64,000 nucleotides of DNA. Source: a virus. The position numbers and the translations under genes are program-made. Where the stretch lies: the IMG/VR virus record IMGVR_UViG_3300021425_000005; one strand, given 5' to 3'. The notes beneath the pieces are model-generated. The model did no database searches. It was not told the origin of the DNA and saw nothing but the letters and a program-made list of their open reading frames with translations. Position 1 is the stretch's first letter. Every line of letters starts with the position of its first letter. This document shows positions 57,410 through 64,000 of this stretch, one piece after another.

Positions 57410-58708
57410 ATGGCATCAATAACAAATAGCACGAAATATGGTGAAGGGCATGCAGTTGTTTTTAAAGACAAATTGCCAGCCACGCGCTTGAATGAACTTC
57501 GTCGTTTGAACTATCAACCTACAATCGATATATTTAAGATATCGAAAGACAGAAATTTCAAACCAGAAATTGTTATTGAGGCTGGTTCAGGTAAAGATTA
57601 TGTTAATCTGATCGACAAAAGAAGAAAAAAAGTAACTGTAATAGGTTCGGCTTCTGGTATCGATGGTCTTTTTAATCACGCTGGCAAATCAGGTAAAGCA
57701 AATACCAACCTCCTCACTGAAATAAAAGAAACCTTTTCGCTTGTTATATTCAGAGCAAAAACTGAAATGAATAAGAAATTGTCTGAGGATGAAGCGATTA
57801 AAGAAGTTGAGAGGATTATTCCTCGTGTTATGGATAATTATCAGTCTATCTACTACACTTCTGCTCTCAAACAACTCACTGAATACGAGAAATATGCTAA
57901 AGGTCGTGGCTATGAGTATGAGAGACAGGGTGAGAAGCAAACCAAGAAGCTATATGAAGTTGCTCGAAAGTTGACGAACAAACTTAGTGACAACTGGAAT
58001 CCAGCAGATGTATGGGCGATCCGCAAAGGTTTTGATATGAAGCCCCTCTATGACGCGAGAGAAGCTACTGAACTGAACCTTAGACTTGTTGAAGCGTATA
58101 ACAAGAGAGATATCCTTCCAATCTCTCTGAAACAAGTCGAAAAAGATAGAGCCAGATCCAGTGTAATTGACCCAGCGAAGTTATTCAATCAAAAACTTGA
58201 TTTAGATTTGTCTTATGATCAGACTGACCTATCTGATACATATAAGAACTTTATCCTCAAAACAAAATCTGGATTCGCGATTCGCGCTGGCTTTAAAGCA
58301 AGTGCCGTGACATTGAATGTATCGCTTGAAGGTAGATTTATCGGTGCTGGATATCAGACAGGTGCTGTAGATGCGAAGATATACACACAGTATATGCAAG
58401 ATAAATACAATTACAAATTAAGAAGTAGCACTGTTTCTAAGAATGAACACGAAATAGCAAAGAAAGAACTGAAAGAGATCTTCAGAAAAAAGAATAGATT
58501 ATCGAATACGATTAAAAATTACGAACACGCTATTGATTTATTCGAAAACGCAGACGACCTAACAAAAGATCGTTTCTCTAATTTGATTTCTTACTTGTAT
58601 TCATTCTTGATTTTACCGAAAAATTTTGAAGAGCATATGAAGTTTACCTACCTCTGCTCAAAAAAGATTACATCAGATTCATCGATGTATATTATCATTG
58701 AACAATAA
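57410..58708 (+). CDS. Putative PD-(D/E)xK endonuclease
   Basis: TEIKE..DNWNPADVW..PISLKQ; Lys-rich. Confidence 0.55.
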   Translation: MASITNSTKYGEGHAVVFKDKLPATRLNELRRLNYQPTIDIFKISKDRNFKPEIVIEAGSGKDYVNLIDKRRKKVTVIGSASGIDGLFNHAGKSGKANTNLLTEIKETFSLVIFRAKTEMNKKLSEDEAIKEVERIIPRVMDNYQSIYYTSALKQLTEYEKYAKGRGYEYERQGEKQTKKLYEVARKLTNKLSDNWNPADVWAIRKGFDMKPLYDAREATELNLRLVEAYNKRDILPISLKQVEKDRARSSVIDPAKLFNQKLDLDLSYDQTDLSDTYKNFILKTKSGFAIRAGFKASAVTLNVSLEGRFIGAGYQTGAVDAKIYTQYMQDKYNYKLRSSTVSKNEHEIAKKELKEIFRKKNRLSNTIKNYEHAIDLFENADDLTKDRFSNLISYLYSFLILPKNFEEHMKFTYLCSKKITSDSSMYIIIEQ

Positions 58709-58715
58709 ATAGATT

Positions 58716-58943
58716 ATGAGCCACAAAAAAATGAACAGAACTGAAATAGAACTCTGCGCTATCACTGGGACTTGGAAGGGCAAACCTCTCAAGGAAGTGA
58801 ATATTTTAAAAATAGTTGACCGAACAGAAGTTCGAGACTTTCTGACAGTTGTCAATCTTCACAATGCTGAGGTGTTAGATGATATGTGGGATGTATCCGT
58901 AGCCAAGAAGATGCTTGGCGAAATCGGCATTAAGTGCGAGTAA
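58716..58943 (+). CDS. Hypothetical protein
   Basis: 75-aa ORF after AATAAATA. Confidence 0.5.
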   Translation: MSHKKMNRTEIELCAITGTWKGKPLKEVNILKIVDRTEVRDFLTVVNLHNAEVLDDMWDVSVAKKMLGEIGIKCE

Positions 58944-59301
58944 ATTTTTGTTTTTCTCGTTTCATACGAGCGAGTAGAAGTTTCGTCTGAGACTTCCAGT
59001 CATTTTTAGCATACCAACAAGTAATCCAAAAAATTTTACTTCCTGGAATGAGGAAGGTGGGCATAAAGAAATAGTTGCCCCAATGAAGTGCGATATATGG
59101 AACACGATATTTCCGATATCCACTGATCAAGCCAAAAGAAATAAGAGGCAGCTTGATACCCCTGAAGCGAGAAACTCTGTAGAAAGAGTTTATATACCAA
59201 CCCTGTTCAATAAATCTTTTACGCACAATGCGACAAGGGTGGAACTCGTTATACTTCCCCCTTGGATAGTGTTTGCTTCTGAAAAAGTAGTGTCGCTTCA
59301 T
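58930..59301 (-). CDS. Basic, aromatic-rich hypothetical protein
   Basis: 123-aa ORF directly after a terminator; weak support. Confidence 0.4.
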   Translation of the reverse strand: MKRHYFFRSKHYPRGKYNEFHPCRIVRKRFIEQGWYINSFYRVSRFRGIKLPLISFGLISGYRKYRVPYIALHWGNYFFMPTFLIPGSKIFWITCWYAKNDWKSQTKLLLARMKREKQKFTRT

Positions 59302-59305
59302 AGAG

Positions 59306-59330
59306 AAAAAGGGGAGACCGAAGTCTCCCC
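59306..59330 (-). terminator. Intrinsic terminator with UUCG loop
   Basis: GGGGAGAC-TTCG-GTCTCCCC-TTTTT, identical to 38338-38362. Confidence 0.85.
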
Positions 59331-59336
59331 AATCCC

Positions 59337-59597
59337 TTAGGCGGCTGCAAGAGCGCGATAGCCAGCAGCAACAACCTTACGAGAAGGTGTGCCCAAACGA
59401 TAGCTATCAGCTTTGCGACGACCACGTGAACCAATAGTGCCTTTGTTCAGGTAAATCGCATAACCTTGACGACGAAGTTTATAAACAACATCGTGTGGGT
59501 TGGCAACACCAAAGCGTGCACTGATTTGAGCAGGTGTCAGTGTTTCACCGTTAAGAAATGCCTCGCGAACGCGAGCAGTTTTAGTAGTAGTATTCAT
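59337..59597 (-). CDS. Small winged-HTH DNA-binding protein
   Basis: GETLTPAQISARFGVANPHDVVYKLRRQGY; strong GGAGGA SD. Confidence 0.7.
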   Translation of the reverse strand: MNTTTKTARVREAFLNGETLTPAQISARFGVANPHDVVYKLRRQGYAIYLNKGTIGSRGRRKADSYRLGTPSRKVVAAGYRALAAA

Positions 59598-59647
59598 GAT
59601 ATAATCCTCCATTGTTACTACAAACATTAGTCACCACGACTAATTAC

Positions 59648-60100
59648 TTATTGGTCATAGCCTTCGAATAACTCGACCATAATTCCATTATGCATAAAGA
59701 CTTCAGCGTCGTCAGAAAAGAAATCAAACTCCTCAAGAATAGTAGAAATGAAATCATCTCCTTCTTCGTGCGCTTCTGTAATCTTATTTTGTTCTTCTTC
59801 AGTCCAGCCTTTACCCAAGAAATCTATGTCCTCTGATACACCATCCCAACTGTCGCTGAATTCAAACTCTTCAAAATCATAAGGTTCAAAAGCACCAGAA
59901 TCGCCTTCTTCATCGGCTAATGCATCTTCTAACCACTTAACTTCTTCCTCGTTTTGAGGTGTGATGTTTACACTGCCACTACGCCAAAGTGTAGAGACAC
60001 CAACAACGCGACCATCATCGTGGCGGAAATATTCGATTTCTTCAAAAGACTTCTTCCACTTAGGACATACATTATATGTTTTACCAATCTCAATCTTCAT
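59648..60100 (-). CDS. Acidic hypothetical protein
   Basis: ORF; ATG at 60100 overlaps the upstream small ORF. Confidence 0.6.
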   Translation of the reverse strand: MKIEIGKTYNVCPKWKKSFEEIEYFRHDDGRVVGVSTLWRSGSVNITPQNEEEVKWLEDALADEEGDSGAFEPYDFEEFEFSDSWDGVSEDIDFLGKGWTEEEQNKITEAHEEGDDFISTILEEFDFFSDDAEVFMHNGIMVELFEGYDQ

Positions 60101-60245
60101 AACCAGTTCCTTTTTTAATAAGTTCAATCAATGCAAATTCCAAAAGATGTTTTCTTGCTTCTTCGTCTAAATCGACTATCAGAGTCGCACCACCATCATC
60201 ATCTTCTACATAGTCAATGACTTCTATAACACCCTTAATACTCAT
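60090..60245 (-). CDS. Small acidic hypothetical protein (51 aa)
   Basis: Not in the track. MSIKGVIEVIDYVEDDDGGATLIVDLD..; overlaps both neighbours. Confidence 0.55.
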   Translation of the reverse strand: MSIKGVIEVIDYVEDDDGGATLIVDLDEEARKHLLEFALIELIKKGTGYED

Positions 60246-60526
60246 GTCCAAAACCTCAAAACTCCAAGAGATAAAACAAACACCAAGACACCATTGAGTA
60301 GGATGAGCGCACGATCATGCCAAGCAAATCCAACATACAACCATCCAAGTGTTCCAATCAAACTAAAATGAAGATCCCAATATTTCGGAACTTCGTCTAC
60401 TGAACGGCATAACACAGCGACCAAAACAATCACAGATGAAAACCATTTCACATACCAATCTAGTGTATGTAATGGTGTCTGTGTTTCTACAGTATAAGTC
60501 TGATCATTATCCATAATAACGCTCAT
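60242..60526 (-). CDS. Small membrane protein (about 3 TM)
   Basis: DWYVKW..GW..W.DRALILLN. Confidence 0.6.
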   Translation of the reverse strand: MSVIMDNDQTYTVETQTPLHTLDWYVKWFSSVIVLVAVLCRSVDEVPKYWDLHFSLIGTLGWLYVGFAWHDRALILLNGVLVFVLSLGVLRFWT

Positions 60527-60974
60527 AATCTTTAAGCGGAATCAACTGGCTGGCTTCGGCACAAATCCGCTCTTCATTACCATATGCCTCAATTTCCCAA
60601 GGCTGGTCGTCGTAGGGAACATTCGTGACAACTTCGCCTTCCCACTCAACCGCATGAACAATCGTCTGACAGTCTCCAGCACTGGCTAATTGAATGCCAA
60701 AATCTTTCATCCGACCGCTGGCGATTTGTTGAGCGTGAATCATTTCGTGGGCGATATTACTCAAAACATCTTCAATCGGTAATTTCTCTCCCTGAACATG
60801 AGTGGCAATCTGAATTATAACATCACCATCATCATTGTCCCAGCAATACCCAGCGGCATCTTGGTCTAACTTCTTCTTATATTCAAACTCAAGTTCGCCG
60901 TTATATTGGTCTAAACCTAATATGGTAGCGCAAGCGTCTATATAATTTTTAAAGCGATTGGTATATAATTTCAT
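60507..60974 (-). CDS. HExxH metallopeptidase-like protein
   Basis: AHEMIHAQQ, PWEIEAY. Confidence 0.7.
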   Translation of the reverse strand: MKLYTNRFKNYIDACATILGLDQYNGELEFEYKKKLDQDAAGYCWDNDDGDVIIQIATHVQGEKLPIEDVLSNIAHEMIHAQQIASGRMKDFGIQLASAGDCQTIVHAVEWEGEVVTNVPYDDQPWEIEAYGNEERICAEASQLIPLKDYERYYG

Positions 60975-60976
60975 GA

Positions 60977-61039
60977 GAACTCCCTCTCTCTATATTCCCA
61001 TTCTCTCTCATAATTAAACAAATGTCAAGTGTTTTTTTT
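60977..61039 (-). promoter_or_regulatory. Early promoter-RBS cassette (A-tract, TTGACA-17-GAGAAT, SD)
   Basis: Repeated at 63792-63852 and, more diverged, at 63141-63209. Confidence 0.75.
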
Positions 61040-61040
61040 G

Positions 61041-61048
61041 TATAAATA
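61041..61048 (+). promoter_or_regulatory. Late promoter TATAAATA
   Basis: Upstream of AGGAG SD and ORF 61068. Confidence 0.7.
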
Positions 61049-61067
61049 ACTGCAGGAGAAGATAAAT

Positions 61068-61499
61068 ATGCCTTCATACACACATAAAAAAACCAAAATA
61101 TTTCTTTGCGCAGAGAGCGAAGAACAATATGATTCATATAAAGAATTGTTTGTCCCTTACACTGAGGGGTTGCATTCAGAGGGTCACCGTCTTTATACAA
61201 TCGATCTTCTCGCAAAGGTTGCTGAAAATAAGCCAGAAGATGATGAAGACGAGAAGTTGGCGATGGCTCGCATGGATTCATTTGGTGGGTATCTCTATGG
61301 TAACATCGAGTATGATGACGAATCTATGGACATCATCTTTGTTTTCAATGAATATTTCCCAACTGAAGAAATCTATGAACAGGGTCTGGCTTGGAGAGAA
61401 TCAAAAAACATCTTCGCGAATGATATATCAGCTGGTCCAAAGCCACCTGTCATCACTGTCACACACAATGTGCAGTTTCACAAACCTTACAAAACATAA
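61068..61499 (+). CDS. Acidic hypothetical protein (late)
   Basis: Late promoter plus SD. Confidence 0.6.
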   Translation: MPSYTHKKTKIFLCAESEEQYDSYKELFVPYTEGLHSEGHRLYTIDLLAKVAENKPEDDEDEKLAMARMDSFGGYLYGNIEYDDESMDIIFVFNEYFPTEEIYEQGLAWRESKNIFANDISAGPKPPVITVTHNVQFHKPYKT

Positions 61500-62266
61500 T
61501 TCGCATAAATCCGATTGAACAGTTCACTCTGGTAATCCTCTCCTGGATGTGCTAAGTCACGACCACGCTGGACATTGGCTTTCAATTTCGCTCTCCAGTT
61601 ATTATAATCCCAGTGTTCCGAGAAGAAATCTGTGGTCTGATCAATGATCAGCTTCACACCATCTCTGTCGCAAATCTCTTTGAATCCTTCTCGAACTGCA
61701 TTGGCACGATTTTCATTGTTCTCATCATTGTCAATGAGATGTGCATATTCAGTGAAATGAATCAAATTCCATGGTCCAACTCGCGACCATGTCTGGACAT
61801 TTTCCTGCCAAAACTCTGTCCGAGCCACTGGCGGCTCTACAAAGATGACACAGCTGGGTTGTAAATCCTCATACCAGCTGTCGAAGATCCTTTTGGCTGC
61901 ACAGTGACTACCTCCTGGAGCAGAGAGATTGTAAACTTTCTTATCAATCTCTTTCTCCAGCTTTGTGACCCACATGTGATCAACAGGATTCCCCAGACCA
62001 AATGAGATGCTGTCACCCAGCACCATCACACCACCGAGTTCAAGATTGTCCATCTTATGTGTGCGAAAGCCATATTCATTGATTGAATATCTCACACAAT
62101 CAATCATCTCGCCATCTTCAGACAAAAATCCATTGTCTATCAGAGACTGTGCCTGCTCGTGCTTGTGTAAGTCAAATACCACTTCGTTGTCAGTTTCCCA
62201 CCAACTCGTCTCGACATCCAATAATCTAGCATCCGTATTATAACAATACTTTTCTAAATCACTCAT
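61487..62266 (-). CDS. SGNH/GDSL-like hydrolase
   Basis: INEYGFR, GDSISFGLG, NLSAPGGS, RDLAHPG. Confidence 0.65.
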   Translation of the reverse strand: MSDLEKYCYNTDARLLDVETSWWETDNEVVFDLHKHEQAQSLIDNGFLSEDGEMIDCVRYSINEYGFRTHKMDNLELGGVMVLGDSISFGLGNPVDHMWVTKLEKEIDKKVYNLSAPGGSHCAAKRIFDSWYEDLQPSCVIFVEPPVARTEFWQENVQTWSRVGPWNLIHFTEYAHLIDNDENNENRANAVREGFKEICDRDGVKLIIDQTTDFFSEHWDYNNWRAKLKANVQRGRDLAHPGEDYQSELFNRIYANYVL

Positions 62267-62465
62267 TTATTTCTCCACTATCATCGTATATTCCATAAGA
62301 TATAAGACCAGAAACATACCTATTTATCCCACGTTCAAAGTCTTCTTCATATCTAAAATACGAAGTAACTCGATCTCCCGTAGGTTTCGCCGTTTGCGAG
62401 TCCACTTCCTCGTGCTCAATAAACCATTTAAACAAATTATTCGGATCGGGAAACGGTTTTGCCAT
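62259..62465 (-). CDS. Hypothetical protein
   Basis: AAGGA SD; overlaps the next gene. Confidence 0.5.
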   Translation of the reverse strand: MAKPFPDPNNLFKWFIEHEEVDSQTAKPTGDRVTSYFRYEEDFERGINRYVSGLISYGIYDDSGEINE

Positions 62466-62846
62466 TAAGATATCCTTTCCTTAATACCAACCAGTTTTCG
62501 TGACATATGATGCCATTCCTATACATCTCATAATATCGATAAAGCAGTGGCTTCACGCTACCACTCGTGCTTTATCAATCCAGACACACTCTTCAAATTT
62601 ATCTTCATAATTATAACCACCAACGGTATAACCCACATCGTGGAGTTCTTTCAAGAGATACTGAACTGCATCCTTCTTATTATCAAATGCAACCCAATCA
62701 GACTGCCAAGTTTTACGAACTTCAAACATATTGATTATCCTCCATCATTTTATATGCGTATTCTTCAGCTTCGACCTCAGTCATACCAAGAGCCAAACCC
62801 TCTTCATAGTAATTTTCCAGAATCATTTCATTATACATATTACTCA

Positions 62847-63140
62847 TTACATTGCTCCTGTCCAGCTAATCATACCAAATGATTCATCAATCACATTACC
62901 ACGAGCAAAGTTCCGAGCAGGTGCAGACCAACTGGAGGCTTTCAAGATGTCTCCTGCCTTGAACTTCTTATCATCTTTAAGCTGAACAAAGCCCCATATA
63001 CTCATTTGTTTACCATTTTCAGTGCATATGATTCTGTCATATTTACGACCCTTAACCACAATCCAATCGCGCTCAAACCGTTTAAAATTCATCTTACCGA
63101 AGTCTTCACGGATGGCATTTAATAGATTATCATAATTCAT
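62847..63140 (-). CDS. Small early hypothetical protein
   Basis: GRKYDRI..WGFV..GDILKASSWSAPARNFARGN; own promoter and SD. Confidence 0.7.
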   Translation of the reverse strand: MNYDNLLNAIREDFGKMNFKRFERDWIVVKGRKYDRIICTENGKQMSIWGFVQLKDDKKFKAGDILKASSWSAPARNFARGNVIDESFGMISWTGAM

Positions 63141-63209
63141 AGTTTTCTCCTCTTCTCTAAACTATACTCTAACTCTACTACAGAGAGGATAAATGTCAAG
63201 CGTTTTTTT
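63141..63209 (-). promoter_or_regulatory. Early promoter-RBS cassette
   Basis: AAAAAAACGC-TTGACA-16-TAGAGT, GAGGAG SD. Confidence 0.65.
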
Positions 63210-63417
63210 GTGTTGGACGACAATTAATTTGCTCATGTCTATCAACAGCAGAGTGAAAGTCTTTGATTGCTTCCTCTATTGTAAGGTATGGTCCAGAGAC
63301 AAAATCGCTATAATACTGGTCTGATACCCATATATCATAACTCTCCATCACAGAGTAATTAAGAGACTGAATGATAGCATATGTGCGATCCTCTATCGTA
63401 ACACTGTGAATATCCAT
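63196..63417 (-). CDS. Hypothetical protein
   Basis: 73-aa ORF. Confidence 0.45.
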   Translation of the reverse strand: MDIHSVTIEDRTYAIIQSLNYSVMESYDIWVSDQYYSDFVSGPYLTIEEAIKDFHSAVDRHEQINCRPTQKNA

Positions 63418-63596
63418 GTCGGACTCTCGACTCCTCTGGGTCTCGCGAAAAATTTTTCTAAGTTAATGTCCATAAGTCCGTGGTATATACCCTTGTAAGA
63501 GACGCCACACACTCCAGATAACCAAGTTCTGGACGCCCATCCTCTCTCAAAGGGGTTGGGGGGAGGAGGAAAGGAGACTCAACTCCCCCCAGCTGT

Positions 63597-63788
63597 CTAA
63601 GCCTCAAAGAAGCTATATGACAGCTTATTCATTGTCCCAGTCTTCTCGGAACACTTCTTGATGTATGCCACGACACAATCAGTGGTGATAATATAGTGGT
63701 CTGCAAGGTTCTGTGCACCCTGCTCTGTATAGGCATATCCAAGGATCTTGCCAGTGGCTCCACATTCAACATAATATTCTGCAAACAT
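63597..63788 (-). CDS. Small early hypothetical protein
   Basis: GAGGAG SD and own promoter. Confidence 0.55.
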   Translation of the reverse strand: MFAEYYVECGATGKILGYAYTEQGAQNLADHYIITTDCVVAYIKKCSEKTGTMNKLSYSFFEA

Positions 63789-63791
63789 AAT

Positions 63792-63852
63792 AGAACTCCT
63801 CTCTCTATAATACCATTCTCTCTTATATTCCAGAGAATGTCAAGCGTTTTTT
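63792..63852 (-). promoter_or_regulatory. Early promoter-RBS cassette (TTGACA-17-GAGAAT)
   Basis: Close copy of 60977-61039. Confidence 0.75.
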
Positions 63853-64000
63853 ATGCTTCTCTACCATTACGAATAGGAGAAACAACGATCCGATTATTCA
63901 CCTCTAGGATGATTTCGATCCGTTCAACTGCATCCTGGATGGTTTCGAGAGATGCTACTTCATAATATGGATGAGCGAAGATGATTTGGTCCAACTCAGG
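63851..64000 (-). CDS. 3' end of a hypothetical gene entering from outside the window
   Basis: Open frame PELDQIIFAHPYY..NGREA*. Confidence 0.4.
   Translation of the reverse strand, partial: PELDQIIFAHPYYEVASLETIQDAVERIEIILEVNNRIVVSPIRNGREA

Noticed and set aside
61129-61518. Second overlapping + strand ORF (129 aa)
   Set aside because: The 61068 frame has the promoter, SD and plausible composition; this one has none
62547-62985. + strand ORFs in the track
   Set aside because: The region is better explained by short minus-strand ORFs (MSNMYNEMILE.., MFEVRKTWQ..) in the early operon, below the track's size cutoff
1-64000. Stop-codon reassignment, introns or inteins
   Set aside because: Core genes are intact under the standard code with all three stops used; no split genes or intein motifs noticed

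Overview
64 kb segment of a large, AT-rich T4-like (myovirus) phage genome. It holds neck/tail-completion genes (gp13-15), fibre genes, a nearly complete baseplate/tail module (gp6, 7, 8, 25, 5, PAAR, 27-like, 53, 48, 54, 26, 51, tape measure), gp4, gp2, gp32, gp59, gp33, PhoH, an exonuclease, many TATAAATA late promoters and a region of small early genes. All calls rest on motifs and synteny read by eye, with no database searches. Main findings: (1) a circularly permuted two-piece tmRNA gene of alphaproteobacterial type (tag ANDNFADEGFALAA) under an overlapping sigma70 and T4-late promoter, pointing to an alphaproteobacterial host. (2) A probable -1 ribosomal frameshift (T TTT TTC) fusing gp26 to gp51 just before the tape-measure gene, as in lambda G/GT. 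(3) A modification island inside the fibre genes: four paralogous DxD glycosyltransferase-like genes (one apparently AUA-initiated and fused to a cysteine-less radical SAM/SPASM domain), a desaturase, a degenerate methyltransferase, a GT8-like and a cupin enzyme, next to a Y-x-G-x repeat virion protein that is a plausible substrate. (4) A second sugar/radical SAM/carbamoyltransferase cluster. (5) A late-expressed three-gene secreted/membrane module. (6) Repeated early-promoter cassettes, probable leaderless mRNAs and a structured intergenic RNA candidate with an anti-Shine-Dalgarno motif.
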